Of a stretch of 34,738 nt of DNA, positions 27,198 to 34,738 are shown one piece after another. The stretch lies in the IMG/VR virus record IMGVR_UViG_2585427766_000001; one strand, 5' to 3'. Position numbers and translations under genes: made by a program. How positions within the stretch are numbered: the stretch's first letter is position 1; the number at the start of each line of letters is the position of its first letter. The notes under the pieces are model-generated. The model was not told where the DNA came from. It saw only the letters and a program-made list of their open reading frames with translations, and ran no database searches. This DNA comes from a virus (Duplodnaviria > Heunggongvirae > Uroviricota > Caudoviricetes).

Positions 27198-29186
27198 ATG
27201 AACGCTGAAACTATTAAAGATTTCCTCGTCTCGCTTGGCTTCAGTGTGGATGATGCAGGAGCGAAAAAGTTCGGTTCTGTCCTCGCCGGTACAACTGCAA
27301 ATGTCATCAAAATGGGGCTGGCTGTTGAAGGAGCTGCGTTGTCCGTGGTGGCCTTCACGGCTAAGATCGCCTCCGGCCTGGATAATCTTTACTGGGCGTC
27401 ACAGCGCACCGGCGCGACAGTCCAGGGAATTCAGTCTATTGGCTATGCGGTTTCGCAGGTTGGCGGCAGCGTGGACGCTGCGCGATCTTCTCTGGAAAGC
27501 CTATCCCGGTTTATTCGTAACAATCCCGGTGCAGAAGGCTTTCTGAATCGCCTGGGCGTACAGACCCGTGATGCCAGCGGTAACATGCGTGACATGGCCG
27601 CTATTTTTACGGGCGTTGGACAGAAACTCAGCAGCATGCCGTATTACCGGGCTAACCAGTATGCGCAGATGCTGGGCATTGACGAAAATACCCTTATGGC
27701 GATGCGCCGGGGTGTGGGTGGCTTCTCCGGGCAGTACAGCGCAATGGCGAAAGCTATCGGCTTCAATGCTGACGAGGCGGCCAGAAGCTCCAACAAATTT
27801 ATGACCTCCCTGCGTGAGTTTGGCGCGATGGCAGGCATGGCCCGTGACAAAATCGGCTCTAATCTTGCGGGGGGGCTTGCGGGTTCGCTGGACACCCTGC
27901 GCCGCCATATCCTGGACAACTTCCCTCGTATCGAGCAGACCCTGACGAAAGCCATAAAAGGCATTCTGGCGCTCGGGGATATTATCGGGCGGCTGTTCTT
28001 CAGACTGATTGAGGGGACATCAGGTCTTATCACCTGGTGGCAATCGCTGGATAAGCAAACGCGGGAGTTGATCTCGCTGTTTGGCGCACTGACGATTGCG
28101 CTGCGCATTCTGAACAGTACGTTCTGGATGTCGCCGATTGGCCTCATTACCGCGCTGGCGGCGGGTATTGCCCTCCTGTGGGAGGACTATCAGACCTGGA
28201 AGGAAGGCGGCGACAGCCTGATTGACTGGGGCAAGTGGAAACCGGAGGTCGATGCCGCGCTGAAGATGGTTCGTGACCTTAAAACGACCGTTAACGACCT
28301 GGTGAAAGCGCTGGCGAAACTGCTCAATATTGACCCCAAATCATGGTCCCTGAAGTGGGATTTCAGCAACTTCATCGACCAGATGGGCGAATTCAGCAAA
28401 ATGCTGAACATGATCGCCGACCTGCTCAACGCTATCAAAGATGGCCGCTGGGCTGATGCCGTCAGCATCGGCAAACAGATACTTAATCAGGGCAGCGAAA
28501 ATCCGTCAGCGATGCCGATGGTTACAGACAGCGCTAACAGTACTGCCGACTGGATTAAAGAGCACTGGGGATTCGATCCCCGCAGTGTGAGCCGGACGGT
28601 ACGCGGCTGGTTTGGTGATGATGAGCCGGAACAACATGCACAGGCTACGAAACGAGGAGAACGGAATAACAATCCGGGAAACCTTAATTTTGCTGGTCAG
28701 GCAGGGGCTTCTCTTGAACGCCCGGGCGGGCGATTTGCCAGATTTGAAACTGCTTTTGATGGATTACGGGCTCTTGCTCGTCAGTTAATGCTGTACGCCG
28801 GACGGGGAATAAACAGTGTGGAGAAAATTATCTCTACCTGGGCACCTGCGTCTGATAATAACAACACAACTGCGTATATCAGGGCTGTATCGCAACGACT
28901 GGGAGTGGATCCCCGGGCTGCCCTGAATATGAGCGATCCGCAAACCATGTCAGCATTGATGAGCAGCATTATCCAGCATGAGAATGGAAGAAATATCTAT
29001 TCTCGGGAGCTGATTAATAAGGCTGCCGTGGCGGGAATTAGTGGCAAAGTGACAGAGGTTAACCAGCAAAATACCTACCACATTTACGGTGGTGGAGATC
29101 CGCACGCTGTCGGTAATGAGGTTGCACGTCGGCAACAGTCTGCAAATGCTCAGGTCATGCGAAGTAATCAGGTGAGGGTGGGTTAG
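27198..29186 (+). CDS. Tail tape measure protein
   Basis: About 660 aa from ATG 27198 (GGAGAGAGG upstream; track ORF starts at 27177); long helical, Ala/Gly-rich, with a hydrophobic central segment. Confidence 0.7.
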   Translation: MNAETIKDFLVSLGFSVDDAGAKKFGSVLAGTTANVIKMGLAVEGAALSVVAFTAKIASGLDNLYWASQRTGATVQGIQSIGYAVSQVGGSVDAARSSLESLSRFIRNNPGAEGFLNRLGVQTRDASGNMRDMAAIFTGVGQKLSSMPYYRANQYAQMLGIDENTLMAMRRGVGGFSGQYSAMAKAIGFNADEAARSSNKFMTSLREFGAMAGMARDKIGSNLAGGLAGSLDTLRRHILDNFPRIEQTLTKAIKGILALGDIIGRLFFRLIEGTSGLITWWQSLDKQTRELISLFGALTIALRILNSTFWMSPIGLITALAAGIALLWEDYQTWKEGGDSLIDWGKWKPEVDAALKMVRDLKTTVNDLVKALAKLLNIDPKSWSLKWDFSNFIDQMGEFSKMLNMIADLLNAIKDGRWADAVSIGKQILNQGSENPSAMPMVTDSANSTADWIKEHWGFDPRSVSRTVRGWFGDDEPEQHAQATKRGERNNNPGNLNFAGQAGASLERPGGRFARFETAFDGLRALARQLMLYAGRGINSVEKIISTWAPASDNNNTTAYIRAVSQRLGVDPRAALNMSDPQTMSALMSSIIQHENGRNIYSRELINKAAVAGISGKVTEVNQQNTYHIYGGGDPHAVGNEVARRQQSANAQVMRSNQVRVG

Positions 29187-29773
29187 TGGATATTCTCTCT
29201 ACACTTTTTCATCAGCAGAGCAGAAAAATAGGAATGATTGTTCCCTGTGTTGTTATTTCAGAGAAGCATACAGATATGCTTGAAATAACAGAGCATCCGG
29301 TAGAGGTCGGGGCCGCTGTCGCTGATCATGCCTATAAAAAACCGTCAGAAGTGGTGATGGAGGTTGGTTTCGCCGGTGGTGGCGCATTGCTGGATTTTGC
29401 CAGTAACCTGACGGCTACCAGCCTGCTCGGCCTGAGTCCTCAGCAGACGTATCAGGAGCTACTGGATCTGCAGGAAAGCCGTATCCCCTTCGATGTGGTA
29501 ACCGGTAAACGACTGTACAGCAACATGTTGATCCGGGCGCTGGAAGTGACGACGGACAAGACAACCGAAAACGTCCTGTCCGCCGTCCTCACCCTGAGGG
29601 AGGTCCTTATCTCCCGGACACAGCAGATTTCCGTCGCGGATAAAACCAACATGAAGGAAGGGGCCAGCACGTCGGCGGTACAGAACAGCGGCAACAAAAC
29701 CACCAAGCCTCCAGATACTTCACTGCTGAAAAGCATCACGGGTAACGTGGCGTCATTACTGGGGGGCGGCTAA
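29186..29773 (+). CDS. Hypothetical tail/baseplate protein
   Basis: 195-aa ORF, GTG start overlapping the tape-measure stop. Confidence 0.45.
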   Translation: MDILSTLFHQQSRKIGMIVPCVVISEKHTDMLEITEHPVEVGAAVADHAYKKPSEVVMEVGFAGGGALLDFASNLTATSLLGLSPQQTYQELLDLQESRIPFDVVTGKRLYSNMLIRALEVTTDKTTENVLSAVLTLREVLISRTQQISVADKTNMKEGASTSAVQNSGNKTTKPPDTSLLKSITGNVASLLGGG

Positions 29774-30075
29774 TGGCAATTCAGGAAATTCCGCTGACAG
29801 CGGACAACCAGCAGTTCAGCATCGTCCTGGGTGGTGTTACCTGGCGGATTAGCATCATATGGCGCGATCTGTACTGGATTATGGACCTGCAGAACGACAG
29901 AGGGGAGCCGGTAATCTCCGGTATTCCTCTCGTCACTGGTGCTGACCTGCTGGCGCAGTACGCCTGTATGGGGCTTGGTTTTAAGCTGGTGGTGGTCTGT
30001 GATGACAACACACAGGATTACCCCACAAAAACTGACCTGGGCGGTCGCAGCCATTTACTGGTATCAACGGAGTAA
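29773..30075 (+). CDS. Hypothetical tail/baseplate protein
   Basis: 100-aa ORF coupled to its neighbours. Confidence 0.45.
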   Translation: MAIQEIPLTADNQQFSIVLGGVTWRISIIWRDLYWIMDLQNDRGEPVISGIPLVTGADLLAQYACMGLGFKLVVVCDDNTQDYPTKTDLGGRSHLLVSTE

Positions 30076-30077
30076 GC

Positions 30078-31142
30078 ATGTCACAGAACTGGATGAGACA
30101 TTTCGAGCTGCAGCTTGTGGACGGGAACGGTCAGGGAATTGAGCTAAGTGATTTTAAAGTGACCTTTACGATCGACTGGTTCAACATCAGCAGCGCGTCC
30201 CGGGTAGGGACTATCAAAATTTATAACCTCTCGGCAGATACTGTGAACCGAATCACCGGGCGGGAGTTTTCGAAAGTGCGTCTGATTGCGGGTTACGACG
30301 GTATCGCGCCGGAGGTGTCGGCAAGCGACGTCGGGATCGTGCGGGAGGTTGATGCGGCGGACGTGGGCCAGAGTGATGGCCGCAACTACGGACTGATTTT
30401 CAGCGGTGAAATTCGCTACTCGGTTACAGGAAAAGACAGTCCGGTTGATTCCTACGTCCTGATTCAGGCAGCAGATACTGATCTGGCTTTTGCCACCAGT
30501 ATAACCTCACAGACGCTGGCTGCCGGTTACACGGTCGCTGATGTGAACCGTGCGCTGATGAAAGACTTCGAAGCCAAAGGTGCGACCGAAGGCCTGACGC
30601 CTGAAATGCCTGCTACTGTATTCCCCCGGGGGCGGGTGCTCTTTGGCATGACGCGGCATCTAATGGATAACGTAGCCGGGCAATGTGGCGCAACATGGCA
30701 ATTCGTAGACGGTCAGCGCCAGATGGTGGCGAATAATGAATATGTTCACGAAGCGATTGTGCTCAACAGCGCTACCGGGCTTATTGGCATGCCGCAGCAG
30801 ACCATCGGCAACGGCGTAAACGTTCGCGCGCTTATTAATCCGAACATCCGGGTTAATGGGCTCATTCAACTGGATCAGGCTTCCGTATATCGCACCGCGT
30901 TGTCGAACAACGATATCGCTATGGCTGGTGGGCAGATCACCGACCAGAACACGGACGGAAATATTACGCTAAGCGGCACCACATCGCAGCCTGCCAGCAT
31001 CGCAACGGATGGCGTTTATATTGTGCGCGGGATTATGTACACTGGCGATACAAGGGGCCAGGCGTGGTACATGGATATGATGTGCGAAGCGCGCGGTGCG
31101 CAGGATATGCCATCCAGCACTGCTTTTCAGAGAGGATTATAG
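30078..31142 (+). CDS. Putative baseplate hub protein (Mu P-like)
   Basis: 354-aa ORF before the spike and baseplate genes. Positional inference. Confidence 0.5.
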   Translation: MSQNWMRHFELQLVDGNGQGIELSDFKVTFTIDWFNISSASRVGTIKIYNLSADTVNRITGREFSKVRLIAGYDGIAPEVSASDVGIVREVDAADVGQSDGRNYGLIFSGEIRYSVTGKDSPVDSYVLIQAADTDLAFATSITSQTLAAGYTVADVNRALMKDFEAKGATEGLTPEMPATVFPRGRVLFGMTRHLMDNVAGQCGATWQFVDGQRQMVANNEYVHEAIVLNSATGLIGMPQQTIGNGVNVRALINPNIRVNGLIQLDQASVYRTALSNNDIAMAGGQITDQNTDGNITLSGTTSQPASIATDGVYIVRGIMYTGDTRGQAWYMDMMCEARGAQDMPSSTAFQRGL

Positions 31143-31144
31143 AA

Positions 31145-31492
31145 ATGAAACGATGGATATTTTCATTGCTGGCATTAGTGTCTGTTGGTGTAAGTGCAAA
31201 CACCATAACGATGCAATGCGGCAACTTTCGTATGGATGCGATCCCTGATTCATTATTTAAAATCAATGGCGAAACAGTAACGTCCCAAAAAGTAAAAATG
31301 TTGGGTAAAGACGGTACAGGCATGCAGATCAAAATGGACCTGATGCCTGCCAAAGATGGCAACAATTATGGGTTCGAGTATATCCATCGACCTGGCACTA
31401 AAACGCGTTTCCTGAACGTCCAGTTGTTGCAGAACAGCATGGATGCTCCGAAAATTATTGGCTCTTTCCCGTGTAAGAAATTTGTTGGTTGA
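31145..31492 (+). CDS. Small secreted protein with cleavable signal peptide (cargo cassette gene 1)
   Basis: Start at ATG 31145, 2 nt after the hub stop (the track ORF 31064..31492 includes an upstream extension). MKRWIFSLLALVSVGVSA then NTIT: basic n-region, hydrophobic core, A-x-A-like cleavage site. Two Cys (QCGNF, FPCKKF). AT-shifted. Confidence 0.6.
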   Translation: MKRWIFSLLALVSVGVSANTITMQCGNFRMDAIPDSLFKINGETVTSQKVKMLGKDGTGMQIKMDLMPAKDGNNYGFEYIHRPGTKTRFLNVQLLQNSMDAPKIIGSFPCKKFVG

Positions 31493-31499
31493 TTGAGAA

Positions 31500-32054
31500 A
31501 TGAGCAAGCGTTCGTCAATAGATACAACAGAAGAACAAAAGGCAATTGAGACTATAGGCGCTGATTTTATTTCGTCATATTATAAAGATAGATATGAGGA
31601 AGCAAAATCAACATATCGTCGTCTTGAGGACAAAGTTAACTACCTTCTTGCTATTTTAGCTGTAGAAACCTCTGCTCTACTGGCTGTATTTGGGACTGTT
31701 GATTTCAAAAGTGGGCTAAAGAGTAATTGGTTTTTAACATTATCTATACTTTGTGCATATCTGTGCTTTGTTTGTATTGTTATGTGCTTTTTTTTCCTAT
31801 GGCGTACTTGGGGACTGAAAGATATACCAAAAATGCCTATTCATAAGCGAAAAGAAGAGCATGATTTTTTATTTTACGGTGATAAAATTAAAACGCTTAG
31901 ATACCATATGTTTCAGTATGGTAAAGCTGTTGAATTGATCGAAAGTCTTCATAAAGAAAAGGCAGTTTACGCTCGTTATCTTTTTGAAGGAATTGCGTTA
32001 TCTTTCGGTTTTTTCATATTATCGGTTACTTTTCTTTTGATAAATAAGGCATAG
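31500..32054 (+). CDS. Hypothetical integral membrane protein (cargo cassette gene 2)
   Basis: 184 aa with hydrophobic helices YLLAILAVETSALLAVFG, WFLTLSILCAYLCFVCIVMCFFFLW and IALSFGFFILSVTFLLI. Hand count of three lines gives about 25-42% G+C. Confidence 0.6.
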   Translation: MSKRSSIDTTEEQKAIETIGADFISSYYKDRYEEAKSTYRRLEDKVNYLLAILAVETSALLAVFGTVDFKSGLKSNWFLTLSILCAYLCFVCIVMCFFFLWRTWGLKDIPKMPIHKRKEEHDFLFYGDKIKTLRYHMFQYGKAVELIESLHKEKAVYARYLFEGIALSFGFFILSVTFLLINKA

Positions 32055-32057
32055 TTG

Positions 32058-32228
32058 ATGACAACATCAAATAATGACAACTCACAGCAAAGCAAGCCAA
32101 CGCAAGCAGAGCAATCCATGGCTGATTATGAAAGCAGTATAATGCTTGAAGTACCTTTTGGTGGATTGGATTACATGACAGAAAGCGTTAAAGAACCTGA
32201 GTTGGACAATTTTAAACAGAAAAAATAA
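32058..32228 (+). CDS. Small acidic hypothetical protein (cargo cassette gene 3)
   Basis: Hand-translated 56-aa ORF (MTTSNNDNSQQSKPTQAEQSMADYESSIMLEVPFGGLDYMTESVKEPELDNFKQKK), ATG 3 nt after the gene-2 stop; below the track length cutoff. Indexing checked against the antisense track ORF 32082..32336. Confidence 0.4.
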   Translation: MTTSNNDNSQQSKPTQAEQSMADYESSIMLEVPFGGLDYMTESVKEPELDNFKQKK

Positions 32229-32249
32229 ACTTAGAGTTGTTCCTGTAGA

Positions 32250-32271
32250 CCCGCCACTTGGCGGGTTTTTT
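32250..32271 (+). terminator. Intrinsic terminator closing the cargo cassette
   Basis: CCCGCC-ACTT-GGCGGG followed by TTTTTTGTTTT, directly upstream of the spike gene's ribosome-binding site. Confidence 0.7.
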
Positions 32272-32290
32272 GTTTTCAGGAGTTTATCAA

Positions 32291-33043
32291 ATGGCCATAT
32301 CAGACCAGACTCGTAGCGGCGACCTTGCCGAAACATTCAAATCCGAGCGGGAAACCACAAAGAACCAGATCCGCGTCGCTTTGCCTGGCATCGTTCAGTC
32401 ATTCGATCCTGACGCGGTGACGGCGGTTGTGCAGCCTGCTATTCGTTCGGTTGAAACCGACAACGACGGCAACCGCGTAACCAAAAATTACCCGCTGCTG
32501 GTGGATGTGCCGGTGGTATTTCCGCGCGGCGGCGGCTGCACGTTAACTTTCCCGGTAAAAGCCGGCGATGAATGCCTGGTGATTTTTGCCGATCGCTGCA
32601 TCGATTTCTGGTGGCAGAGTGGCGGGATACAGGAGACGGTCGATGACAGAATGCATGATTTATCGGATGCGTTTTGTATTGTCGGTCCCCAGTCGCAGGC
32701 AAGGAGGATTAGCGGTATTAATACCAGTGCCACACAGTTGCGTAGTGATGACGGCAGCACCTATTTTGAGCTTAATCCTGATACCAGGAAAATTAAAATT
32801 GTCGCTCCGGGTGGTCTTGATGTGGTTGCCCCTCTGGCTGATTTTTCTGAGAAAGTAACCATTCATGGCCTGTTAACCTGGATGGGGGGCATGGTGGGGT
32901 CTGTGGTTTCTGGTGTGGCTTCAAAAATCACTGGTGCTGTTGAGTTTTTGGGGAGCGTGAAGGCTAACGGCAAGCCAATCGATGATACGCACACTCATGG
33001 CGGTGTTCAGCGCGGTGGAAGCAATACCGATAGGGTAAACTGA
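32291..33043 (+). CDS. Baseplate spike / assembly protein V-like (Mu gp45-like)
   Basis: ATG 32291 after CAGGAG; the track ORF begins at a TTG inside the terminator. C-terminal HTHGGVQRGG as recalled for gp45/gpV-type spikes. Confidence 0.6.
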   Translation: MAISDQTRSGDLAETFKSERETTKNQIRVALPGIVQSFDPDAVTAVVQPAIRSVETDNDGNRVTKNYPLLVDVPVVFPRGGGCTLTFPVKAGDECLVIFADRCIDFWWQSGGIQETVDDRMHDLSDAFCIVGPQSQARRISGINTSATQLRSDDGSTYFELNPDTRKIKIVAPGGLDVVAPLADFSEKVTIHGLLTWMGGMVGSVVSGVASKITGAVEFLGSVKANGKPIDDTHTHGGVQRGGSNTDRVN

Positions 33044-33396
33044 TGCGATACAGACGTGAAGACGCCGATGGCGATTACACCTTTGGCAGCGGTGATGACA
33101 CCTGGCTGATTAACTCACCGGAGGCCGTGGCGCAGGCGGTAAAAACGCGATTTGAATTGTGGTATGGGCAATGGTTTCTCGACACCACCGAAGGGACCCC
33201 GTGGATCCAGTCTGTGCTCGGTAAGCAGAAGCCGGAAACCTACAACCTGGCGATCCGTAAGCGCATCCTCGAAACGCGGGGCGTTAAATCAATCCTCTCT
33301 TTCAATACGACGGTGGATACCACGACCCGACGTGTCATGTTTTCCGCTGAAATCGACACTCTCTATGGAATAATGACTGTTAAATCGGAGGCGTAA
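33043..33396 (+). CDS. Baseplate protein (Mu gp46-like)
   Basis: 117-aa ORF coupled between the spike and baseplate J genes. Confidence 0.5.
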   Translation: MRYRREDADGDYTFGSGDDTWLINSPEAVAQAVKTRFELWYGQWFLDTTEGTPWIQSVLGKQKPETYNLAIRKRILETRGVKSILSFNTTVDTTTRRVMFSAEIDTLYGIMTVKSEA

Positions 33397-34595
33397 TGGC
33401 TCTGAACCTTGATTCTCTCGGTTTATCTGCAAAGGTAACCGCGGAGGGGATCAGTGCGCCTGATTATCAGACGATACTCAGCACCCTGATTAGCTATTTT
33501 CAGCAGATTTATGGCAGTGATGCCTACCTCGAACCGGATAGTAAAGACGGCCAGATGGTGGCTCTGATGGCGCTGGCGATTCATGATGCCAATAATACTG
33601 CGATAACTGTCTACAACTGTTTTTCACCGGCAACCGGCTATGGGGCCGCACTGACCAGTAACGTGAAAATAAATGGTATTTCACGTAAAGGCGCGACGAA
33701 TTCTACGGTTGATTTGCTTCTTACAGGAACTGCCGGAACAACCATCATTAATGGCAGCGTGAAAGACAGTAATAGTGTGATATGGCGTTTGCCTGCTTCA
33801 GTGGTGGTCGGCGTGGATGGTACAGTGATGGCGACCGCAACATGTTCCGTCAGTGGTGCAGTGGCGGCGCTGGCTGGAACTATCACTGAAATTAATACGC
33901 CAACCCGTGGCTGGGTTTCGGTAACTAATCCTGCTGCGGCTACTGTTGGCTCTCCGGCAGAAACTGATGCGGAGTTACGTATCCGCCAGTCGCAAAGTGT
34001 TGCGTTGCCATCAATAACCCCATTTGAAGCACTGGATGGTGCTGTTTCTAATGTTACCGGTGTAACCCGCCACAAACTCTATGAAAACGATACTGGTTCG
34101 GAGGACGGTAACGGGTTACCGCCACACTCTGTTGCTGTAATTGTGGATGGCGGTGATGTGATGGATATTGCTCAGGCTATCAGAGGGAATAAAGGCCAGG
34201 GGACAGCCACTCACGGTACAACATCCGTTACGGTTCCGGATAAATACGGCAATCCCCATGTAATCAAATTCTCGCGTTCCAGTGATGTGCCTGTTTATGC
34301 CCGGATTAAATTAAAAGTTTTTACGGGTTATACCTCACAGATAGGGCAGCAGATCCAGCAGGCTATTTCCGACTATATCAATAGTCTGATGATTGGTGAT
34401 TCGGTCCTTTTAAGTCGCATTTACTCACCGGCGAATCTTGGCGTGGTGAGTGGCGGGAATGCACGCTATTACGATATTCAGGAACTGACGATTGGGAAAT
34501 CTCCGGGGGCTTTGTCGTCATCAAACATTGATATCAGATACAACGAATCTGCGTCCTGTACCCCGGAAAATATCGTTATAACGGTGGAGTCATGA
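33396..34595 (+). CDS. Baseplate J-like protein (Mu gp47-like)
   Basis: 399-aa ORF in the canonical position after the gp46-like gene. Confidence 0.55.
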   Translation: MALNLDSLGLSAKVTAEGISAPDYQTILSTLISYFQQIYGSDAYLEPDSKDGQMVALMALAIHDANNTAITVYNCFSPATGYGAALTSNVKINGISRKGATNSTVDLLLTGTAGTTIINGSVKDSNSVIWRLPASVVVGVDGTVMATATCSVSGAVAALAGTITEINTPTRGWVSVTNPAAATVGSPAETDAELRIRQSQSVALPSITPFEALDGAVSNVTGVTRHKLYENDTGSEDGNGLPPHSVAVIVDGGDVMDIAQAIRGNKGQGTATHGTTSVTVPDKYGNPHVIKFSRSSDVPVYARIKLKVFTGYTSQIGQQIQQAISDYINSLMIGDSVLLSRIYSPANLGVVSGGNARYYDIQELTIGKSPGALSSSNIDIRYNESASCTPENIVITVES

Positions 34596-34738
34596 GCAAA
34601 TACACCGAACTAATCACGAACTACCACGCCACCAAACCTAAATTTCTTGCACATGTTGATCTGATGACCCGGCCGCTTATTGATGTTGCGGCGGCCACCA
34701 GAGGGCTGATTACTGCATTTGATATTGACTCTGCGGTT
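34592..34738 (+). CDS. Baseplate/tail protein (Mu gp48-like), 5' fragment running off the window
   Basis: ATG 34592 overlaps the baseplate J stop (ATGA); the frame is open to the window end. Confidence 0.45.
   Translation, partial: MSKYTELITNYHATKPKFLAHVDLMTRPLIDVAAATRGLITAFDIDSAV

Noticed and set aside
32082-32336. 84-aa minus-strand ORF across the cassette end and terminator
   Set aside because: It is antisense to the small acidic ORF and reads through the intrinsic terminator and the spike gene start; used only to verify nucleotide indexing.

Overview
This 34.7-kb window is most of a mosaic temperate prophage with lambdoid regulation and a contractile (Mu-like) tail, probably in an Escherichia-type host given the IS186 copy at the left edge. 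All family names come from reading motifs and recalling families, not from any search. Left to right: IS186 (the window opens inside its left inverted repeat) inserted into the 3' part of a phage cytosine-5 DNA methyltransferase gene; a leftward early operon (VRR-NUC nuclease, DUF4406 protein, family A DNA polymerase, DUF2815 SSB-like protein, DUF2800 nuclease, hypotheticals); an immunity region with a CI-like repressor divergent from a Cro-like regulator; a primase/helicase followed by an iteron-type origin; a Q-like antiterminator; a lambda-like lysis cassette (holin, lambda R-like endolysin, Rz with an embedded Rz1 that the ORF track misses); then terminase, portal, head and sheath/tube/tape-measure/baseplate genes. 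Three AT-shifted cargo insertions interrupt otherwise syntenic modules (4840-5469, 8663-9187, 31145-32271). These are the best candidates for an undescribed accessory function, possibly defence or exclusion, but none can be assigned a function from sequence alone. Coordinates of hand-mapped hairpins and promoters may be off by 1-2 nt.
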